From assembly GCA_964506785.1 (NCBI GenBank), contig CAZDME010000007.1, positions 1 to 33,517 of the forward strand: a DNA stretch of 33,517 bases, read 5' to 3'. Made by a program: the position numbers and the translations under genes. The notes under the pieces were generated by a model that saw only the letters and a list, made by a program, of their open reading frames with translations, was not told the DNA's origin and ran no database searches. Every line of letters begins with the position of its first letter. Positions within the stretch are counted from its first letter, which is position 1. Below, one piece after another: positions 27,697 through 33,517 of the stretch. Source of the stretch: an uncultured bacterium. Its GTDB lineage: Bacteria > CAZDME01 > JAYEMH01.

Positions 27697-27720
27697 AGAA
27701 AAAGCAGCTCGGTTTTTTTT
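27681..27720 (+). terminator. Intrinsic terminator overlapping aptamer 1 (ON-switch platform)
   Basis: GGCCGAGTTGC pairs with GCAGCTCGGTT and is followed by a T run; the 5' arm is the aptamer's 3' strand. Confidence 0.8.
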
Positions 27721-27799
27721 GTTGAGAAGATGGATATTAGCAAAGCCCAATATAATACAATGATAGACCCTGGAAAGAGCTGAAAAAATTAAATAGAAA

Positions 27800-27886
27800 C
27801 GCCCGATAAAGGCAAATCCGCCGTAAGGCGGGGGCGCAAAACCACGGGCCCTGAGTGCAGCTAAGGGCGGCCGGGCTGCCGAAGCA
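27800..27886 (+). ncRNA. Cyclic di-GMP-I (GEMM-I) riboswitch 2
   Basis: CGATAAAGGCAAA-TCCGCC-GTAA-GGCGGG-GGCGCAAAACCACGGGCCCT..AGGGCGGCCGGGCTGCCGAA. Confidence 0.9.
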
Positions 27887-27917
27887 AAAGAAGCTTGGAT
27901 AACCCGGCTTTTTATTT
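27869..27917 (+). terminator. Intrinsic terminator overlapping aptamer 2 (ON-switch platform)
   Basis: GGCCGGG...CCGAAGC pairs with GCTTGG...CCCGGCT and is followed by TTTTATTT. Confidence 0.75.
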
Positions 27918-27925
27918 AGAAGAAA

Positions 27926-30900
27926 ATGGATAGAGATAAAGAAGAAAGACAGAAGAGAGAGAAAGAGGAAGCCCAAGGACAGACCCCCGATTCTATGGGA
28001 TATCCGATATCCTATAATAAAAAGAATAAAGGGGAGTCTGCAAGCGGGCTGTCTTTATATTTTTCTTCCCGCGGGGTAGAGCCGAAACAAAGGCAAGGCA
28101 GCTCAAAAAGCAATTCTTTATCTGATAATCCAGTAGAAAGTATCAACCTCTGGCAAAGGCATAAGCTAATTCTGAGAATCATTGCCTCGGTCATAATATT
28201 TACTTTTGTACTTACCCAATCAGACATTGTCTGGGCAGTCGATTATTTTAAAAACAAGAAATGGGAGAAGTCTTCTCCCCAGGCAGAACCTGTTCCTTTT
28301 TCTCCTAAGAAAACATCTCCTCTCCCGGCTACTTCCCAAGGGACTGTTCTTGATAAGCAGATTAAAGAGAAAAAAGAAAAGCCCGAGCCGCCCGTTAGCC
28401 CGATTAAGACCCCTTTTAAAAAAAGCAAGCCTCAAACTACCAAATTTTTTGATAAGGAAATTAAACTTCCTTCTAAGGAAGAAATCCAGCCTGAAAGCAA
28501 AACCTATTATGAGGAATCCAGCGGTTTCACTTTCATATTAGATGAAAAGGGGCGGGTTGTCTCGGCCATAGATAAAAAGGGTAATGTTTATAAACGGCAG
28601 AGAGACGGAAAACTCATCCCTTATCAAGGTACCTTCCGGACCGCCCAGGGTAAAAAGGCGGTATTAAAAGAGGGTAAAGTAGTTGAGCTAAGGGCAGTTC
28701 CGGCTAAAGAAGTCGATGAAACCGAAGGTATTAAGGAAAAAATACATGAGAAAGTAATTTCAAAAGATGAGGCGGCCAAAGGAAATAATTTAAAAGAGAG
28801 AATAAACGATAGAGCCGGGGAAATATTTTCTACTCTCCGAAAGACAATAAATAAAACCAAAGAATCATTTAATAACTTCGGCGAGACCTTATCTGAAAAA
28901 AGGAAAAAATTTGTTTCTACTCTGGGAATAGATAAGGCCAAGGAGGTTTTTGCCAATTTCGGCATAAAGAAAGCGGCTAATTGGCTTAAAGAGAAAGGGC
29001 TTTTTGCCATTAACTGTGCCACCCAGGCTTTAAGCACCCTTTTTGATTTCCTCAAGGTTCAGGTAAGTAAAGAGGAAATTGCCACGACAGTCATTTTAAT
29101 TGATAGTTTTTTGGGCGTTGTAACTTCGAGTTCTACCGGACAAATCTCCACCTCTCTTTATGCGATGATAAAGGCTGCGGCCGCCCAGGATATTAAATTA
29201 TACGCAGTTGAAACCAATTTTACGCAGTTAAAAGAAACTGAAGAACCGGTTATTGCCCATGTCGGCGGCAATCACTATGTGCTGGTTACCTCGGCCGGTG
29301 ATGACGGAGTAACCGTAATTGATAATGGAGAGGAAATTAAAATTTCTAAAGAAGAATTTAATTCTCAGTGGGGCGGATATATTTTAAGCACCCGGGCCCC
29401 GCCCGAAGGAGAAATTAGAGTATTAACTCCTGAAGAAACGAAAGGGATAAAAGGAGCTAATTTTTTCTCTGATTATGTCTCCTCTCAAAACAAACCTCCT
29501 GTTCATGATTTCTCCAATGCAAACAAACCTCCTGTTCATGATTTCTCCAATGCAAACAAACCTCCTGTTCATGATTTCTCCAATAAAAGTTCCATCTCTT
29601 CCACGCCGATACCTCAGGCGACAGATTTTTCTTCAGTCAGTTCCGAGACTTTACCAAAGCCTACTGTAGGAGATGCTTTGTTAGCTCTCCAACAGGGTGG
29701 AGAAGCTGAGGGTGCTCGTGTTCTTAGAGAAGCCTTGGGATTACCCGCCCAGAGTACAGAACCCTCTGTTGGTACGACGGTTACAGCTCCAACACCTCAG
29801 GCGACAGATTTTTCTTCAGTCAGTTCCGAGACTTTACCAAAGCCTACTGTAGGAGATGCTTTGTTAGCTCTCCAACAGGGTGGAGAAGCTGAGGGTGCTC
29901 GTGTTCTTAGAGAAGCCTTGGGATTACCCGCCCAGAGTACAGAACCCTCTGTTGGTACGACGGTTACAGCTCCAACACCTCAGGCGACAGATTTTTCTTC
30001 AGTCAGTTCCGAGACTTTACCAAAGCCTACTGTAGGAGATGCTTTGTTAGCTCTCCAACAGGGTGGAGAAGCTGAGGGTGCTCGTGTTCTTAGAGAAGCC
30101 TTGGGATTACCCGCCCAGAGTACAGAATCTCCTTATACCCAAACGGACGATATACAAACTTCTTCCGTTCCCGTTCAAACCATCGAAACTATTAATACCG
30201 CTTGTGATGAGAAGATAGCTGACGCATATCAAAGAATGAAAAGTGGGGAAATTAATATTAGGGATTATTTCGATATAAAAGATGAAGCGAAAGATGAAAA
30301 AGATGAAGCACTTAAAGAACTTGGCGATGAGGCCTTAGAAGCCGGTTATTATGACGAGGCTTATGATGCTTACCATGAGATTGGTGTTAAAGAAGGCTTT
30401 GAAATGAAGGAAAAGATTGAATTAACAACGGGTGGAAAATACAGTCCTTTCACTGGGTACTCTGGTCCGGATAATCCTCTTATCAATAACAATCTTGGCG
30501 ATGATTCCTCCTTGGGAAATGATGTTGGGGGTATTTATAAGGAGGCTGTTGAAGGTATTAATACAGGTATTTATTCCCATTCGCCCAATACAGTTACCGA
30601 AACCGTTACTGAAGAAAAAGGTGGAAAGCCAGTTGAGGTTACCAAGGTATATGCAAAGCCTCTCTTGAACCAGCCGCAGGCGGAACCTACCCTCCTCAGA
30701 ACTATTGAAAAAAGTGATAATAATCTCACCGTAACCATTCCCGGTCTAAATTCAGACGGCAATTCTCAAACCGAAGTTTATTCTTATGATTTAGGCGGAG
30801 ATGGCAGTGTTTTCGGAGTTGGAGTTACTCAGGCCGTCAATATTGACGGAACAGACTATCAAACAGTAAGCAACACCTATGACGGTGATTTCAATCCTAC

Positions 30901-33517
30901 AGAATTTAAACATTACTATCTGCCGACAGAAGGAGAAACCACTCCCGGCACATCTCATCTTCAGGAACATTGGCAGTTTGATAATTCAAAAGGGACAGCA
31001 GAGCAAACAGTCTATGAAGAAAACGGTGAGAAAGATTATGAAAATACTTTCGATAGCGCCGGCCGTTTTCTAAATGGCACTGACTATAATGCCCTAGATA
31101 CAGAGGGTGTCCACTCCGGAATCGATGTTTCCGAAACGGTTAGCTGGGGGGGGAATGCCTATCTCCCGGCCGGTATCAATGTACAGTTAATTCAAGGAGA
31201 GGGTGAAGATAAAGGCGAGGTTTTTTATAATGCCGGCTACCAGGATGTTAAAAATGTTGATATCGACATATATGCGGATAACAATACCGGCGGGGGGCCA
31301 CAAGAGGCGGTAATCACCGGAACTAACATTGGAGTATTGCCCGACGGGTCATCTGCCGGAGAAGTATCGGGTTTATTCAACCGGGTGAATCTCGACCCCA
31401 GTCTTTTAAATGAAAATGGCAGCTTGGTAAAAGCAGGCTTTGAGCTTGAAAGCAATACCTACCTGACTGACGATAAAGGAAAGTGGGTAGTAGAAAAATA
31501 TGGGAATAAATACAGCCCTCAGATAGTTGACCACAGGCAAACTGAGTATATTAACGCTGGGCAATTTGATGCCAACGATATGTTTTATGCTCCTGCGGAA
31601 TTAATTTCTACTCCCGAACTTTCAGGGACGGTGAAAATTGAAAGCTCCCTCCATAATGATTACGATGATTCTTTTAAGAAAACCGGTTCAAAGGCAAATG
31701 TTAATGCTCTCGGCAAGGATGTTTTAGGTAGTTCAATAGATATCACCCAGGAGCAAACTACCGGGAATTATAGATATGACCAAAACGATAATCTCCTTAG
31801 TTTTAACCAGGATACAACCATTGAAAATGGGGTGCAGAAGTTAAATTTTGATGAAACAACCACTATTGATTATCAAAAAGGAAGTATTAATACCTCCGGC
31901 ACGATAAAGGGGACCGATATTGACGGGAGCTCCGTTGATGCCGCCATTAACTCAACCACCAATCCAGGAGAAGGAACCTCTTCAACCTTTATCAAGAGCC
32001 AAGAAGGAAGCTCTCCGTTAAATCTTAGTATAATTACCACCCCCACCGCTGATGGCCAGGGAAGCTTTACCCAAACCACCGGCAGCTATAAACAATTAGT
32101 TTTTGATGGCGAGACAAAGAATTATCTGCCACAGTCAGTCTATGTAGATAAAACAGTCACCAGCCAAAGAAAAAAGACAGATGCCGATAACTTTTCTATA
32201 ACCACCGTCACCGAAGGTAACCTCTGGCAGGCAAATTCTTCTGGTGAGAAAATTGAAGGGAATTCGATTCAAACCTTCGATAACACCAACACCAAAAACT
32301 GGACCATTCATAGCCGCGACCCCGTTTCCGGCCAGGCCTTTAGCTATACAATTGAGACAATTGAGGAAGGAAAAGGTAATGCCAAGGATATATTAGGTTT
32401 CGAAAATTCCGCTACCGGAAGCTATAACTTTTCTCAAATAACCGAGGTAAACTGGACCATATACAATGGGTTGGATGAATTAGTTTCTCAATCAAGCACA
32501 ACTTCTCCTAGAGTTGGCACCTTTACCTTTGACACCGGACAGAGTGAGTTGGTTCAGAATATCCAGGGTGAAGGGAATATGTTTGGACAGGCAGGGAGCT
32601 GGGATGAGAATGCTACCCAGACGCTGAGTGATAAGGGTGGAAAAGATATTGAAAGTATCGTCTTTGGCAAAGATAGTACCAACTACTTGAATGGCGAGGA
32701 TGTATTAGAGATAGATAACAAACTTCTTGGCACCTTCACCTTTACTAACGGCCAGAGTAAGTTAACCCAGAATATCAGCGGTGACGCAGAGATGTATGAT
32801 CAGGCAGGAACCTGGGATGAGAATGCTACCCAGACGCTGAGTGATAAGGGTGGCAAGGAAATTAAAAGTATCGTCTTTGGAGAAGATAGTACCGAGTACT
32901 TAAACGGTAAGGATGTGTTAGAGCTAGATAACAAACTTCTTGGCACTTTTACCTTGAAGACCGGCCAGATTGAGTTGGTTCAGAATATCAAGGGAAAAGG
33001 CAAGATGTATGATCAGACAGGAATCTGGGATGAGAATGCTACCCAGACGCTGAGTGATAAGGGTGGCAAGGAAATTAAAAGTATCGTCTTTGGAGAAGAT
33101 AGTACCGAGTACTTAAACGGTAAGGATGTATTAGAGATAGATAACAAACTTCTTGGCACTTTTACCTTTGATACCGGCCAGAGTAAGTTAGTCCAGAGTC
33201 TCAGCGGTAAAGGAGAGATGTATGGTCAGGCAGGGAGCTGGTGGGCAGGGAGCAGCCAAACGCTGAGCGCGACGAATGAAGAAAATATTAAAAGTATTAA
33301 GTTTGCTAAGGATGGAGCTGATTATTTAAATGAAAATGACGGCAGATTAGAAATAAACAGTCAGACTATAGGGGTATTTACTTTCTCTGACCCTCAGAGC
33401 CAATATTCTCAGGATTTGAGTGGGTCGGATATACTAGATGGGAAATCCGGTGTTTGGTCTGAAGGTAGTACCCAAACTATTTTTTCTACAAACGGAGAAA
33501 AGATTAATTCTGTTTCC
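27926..33517 (+). CDS. Giant secreted/surface protein, 5' part (at least 1864 aa): signal/TM segment, peptidase C39 domain with cis double-glycine-type motif, and tandem repeats
   Basis: Translated by hand in frame 2: in-frame TAG at 27917-19, ATG at 27926 (alternative 27995), and no stop codon up to the window end, which is why the track omits it. Segments: LILRIIASVIIFTFVLTQSDIVWA (28166-28237); INCATQAL (Cys 29015), IAHVGGNHYVLV (His 29273), VTVIDNG (Asp 29321), EEFNSQWGGYIL; LTPEETKGIKGA (29423-29458). Confidence 0.9.
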   Translation, partial: MDRDKEERQKREKEEAQGQTPDSMGYPISYNKKNKGESASGLSLYFSSRGVEPKQRQGSSKSNSLSDNPVESINLWQRHKLILRIIASVIIFTFVLTQSDIVWAVDYFKNKKWEKSSPQAEPVPFSPKKTSPLPATSQGTVLDKQIKEKKEKPEPPVSPIKTPFKKSKPQTTKFFDKEIKLPSKEEIQPESKTYYEESSGFTFILDEKGRVVSAIDKKGNVYKRQRDGKLIPYQGTFRTAQGKKAVLKEGKVVELRAVPAKEVDETEGIKEKIHEKVISKDEAAKGNNLKERINDRAGEIFSTLRKTINKTKESFNNFGETLSEKRKKFVSTLGIDKAKEVFANFGIKKAANWLKEKGLFAINCATQALSTLFDFLKVQVSKEEIATTVILIDSFLGVVTSSSTGQISTSLYAMIKAAAAQDIKLYAVETNFTQLKETEEPVIAHVGGNHYVLVTSAGDDGVTVIDNGEEIKISKEEFNSQWGGYILSTRAPPEGEIRVLTPEETKGIKGANFFSDYVSSQNKPPVHDFSNANKPPVHDFSNANKPPVHDFSNKSSISSTPIPQATDFSSVSSETLPKPTVGDALLALQQGGEAEGARVLREALGLPAQSTEPSVGTTVTAPTPQATDFSSVSSETLPKPTVGDALLALQQGGEAEGARVLREALGLPAQSTEPSVGTTVTAPTPQATDFSSVSSETLPKPTVGDALLALQQGGEAEGARVLREALGLPAQSTESPYTQTDDIQTSSVPVQTIETINTACDEKIADAYQRMKSGEINIRDYFDIKDEAKDEKDEALKELGDEALEAGYYDEAYDAYHEIGVKEGFEMKEKIELTTGGKYSPFTGYSGPDNPLINNNLGDDSSLGNDVGGIYKEAVEGINTGIYSHSPNTVTETVTEEKGGKPVEVTKVYAKPLLNQPQAEPTLLRTIEKSDNNLTVTIPGLNSDGNSQTEVYSYDLGGDGSVFGVGVTQAVNIDGTDYQTVSNTYDGDFNPTEFKHYYLPTEGETTPGTSHLQEHWQFDNSKGTAEQTVYEENGEKDYENTFDSAGRFLNGTDYNALDTEGVHSGIDVSETVSWGGNAYLPAGINVQLIQGEGEDKGEVFYNAGYQDVKNVDIDIYADNNTGGGPQEAVITGTNIGVLPDGSSAGEVSGLFNRVNLDPSLLNENGSLVKAGFELESNTYLTDDKGKWVVEKYGNKYSPQIVDHRQTEYINAGQFDANDMFYAPAELISTPELSGTVKIESSLHNDYDDSFKKTGSKANVNALGKDVLGSSIDITQEQTTGNYRYDQNDNLLSFNQDTTIENGVQKLNFDETTTIDYQKGSINTSGTIKGTDIDGSSVDAAINSTTNPGEGTSSTFIKSQEGSSPLNLSIITTPTADGQGSFTQTTGSYKQLVFDGETKNYLPQSVYVDKTVTSQRKKTDADNFSITTVTEGNLWQANSSGEKIEGNSIQTFDNTNTKNWTIHSRDPVSGQAFSYTIETIEEGKGNAKDILGFENSATGSYNFSQITEVNWTIYNGLDELVSQSSTTSPRVGTFTFDTGQSELVQNIQGEGNMFGQAGSWDENATQTLSDKGGKDIESIVFGKDSTNYLNGEDVLEIDNKLLGTFTFTNGQSKLTQNISGDAEMYDQAGTWDENATQTLSDKGGKEIKSIVFGEDSTEYLNGKDVLELDNKLLGTFTLKTGQIELVQNIKGKGKMYDQTGIWDENATQTLSDKGGKEIKSIVFGEDSTEYLNGKDVLEIDNKLLGTFTFDTGQSKLVQSLSGKGEMYGQAGSWWAGSSQTLSATNEENIKSIKFAKDGADYLNENDGRLEINSQTIGVFTFSDPQSQYSQDLSGSDILDGKSGVWSEGSTQTIFSTNGEKINSVS
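29489..29584 (+). repeat. 33-bp in-frame tandem repeat x~3 (NKPPVHDFSNA)
   Basis: Identical units at 29489, 29522 and 29555. Confidence 0.95.
29612..30127 (+). repeat. 183-bp (61 aa) in-frame tandem repeat x2.8, copies identical
   Basis: Units at 29612, 29795 and 29978: PQATDFSSVSSETLPKPTVGDALLALQQGGEAEGARVLREALGLPAQSTEPSVGTTVTAPT. Confidence 0.95.
32516..33517 (+). repeat. 213-bp (71 aa) in-frame diverged tandem repeat, at least 4.7 copies, running to the window end
   Basis: Units at 32516, 32729, 32942, 33155 and 33371. First unit: GTFTFDTGQSELVQNIQGEGNMFGQAGSWDENATQTLSDKGGKDIESIVFGKDSTNYLNGEDVLEIDNKLL. Confidence 0.93.

Noticed and set aside
27612-27886. cGAMP-sensing (GEMM-Ib) riboswitches
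   Set aside because: The discriminating position is G, not A, in both aptamers.
29489-29584. 33-bp repeats as a CRISPR array
   Set aside because: The units are directly adjacent with no spacers, stay in frame within a CDS, and no cas genes are present.
29612-30127. QQGG in each 61-aa repeat as further C39 cleavage sites releasing peptides
   Set aside because: The -4 position is Gln and the E(-8) and S/T(-11) residues are absent, so the match to the double-glycine consensus is poor. The same applies to SDKGG in the 71-aa repeats.
27737-32079. Small track ORFs in this interval (e.g. 27737-27976, 28206-28541, 28624-29055, 29475-29669, 30432-30668)
   Set aside because: They are shadow frames of the giant frame-2 ORF or overlap the riboswitch.
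32516-33370. Diversity-generating retroelement TR/VR pair
   Set aside because: Differences between units are not confined to adenines of one template, the units are tandem coding repeats, and no reverse transcriptase is in the window.

Overview
Bacterial chromosomal window from a diderm organism (it encodes a TonB-dependent receptor). The N-terminal style of the giant gene suggests Omnitrophota or a related candidate phylum, which is an inference. The window has four blocks. (1) 1-7045: housekeeping genes gdhA (3' part), a lone carB, mnmG overlapping a TIGR01212 radical SAM gene, and a minus-strand stand-alone PTS EIIA gene. (2) 7287-20341: a ~13 kb osmolyte/ion-homeostasis cluster with MscS, beta-PGM, a GH65 phosphorylase, 2 CBS proteins, a GT4, OtsA, 2 tandem CPA2 antiporters behind an attenuator-like leader, OtsB, DUF5752 and TreT. 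(3) 20351-27409: cobalamin uptake genes btuFCD-cobO and btuB, each unit behind its own cobalamin riboswitch, followed by a SAM methyltransferase and a half-size TauE. (4) 27513-33517: a strong sigma70 promoter and two tandem c-di-GMP-I riboswitches, each wired as a transcriptional ON switch. They control a giant ORF (27926 to past the window end, at least 1864 aa) that is missing from the supplied ORF track. It encodes a signal/TM segment, an intact C39 cysteine peptidase domain followed directly by its own double-glycine-type cleavage motif (LTPEETKGIKGA), and then an acidic repeat-rich region with three tandem-repeat families. This c-di-GMP-gated, probably self-processing giant exoprotein is the most interesting system in the window.
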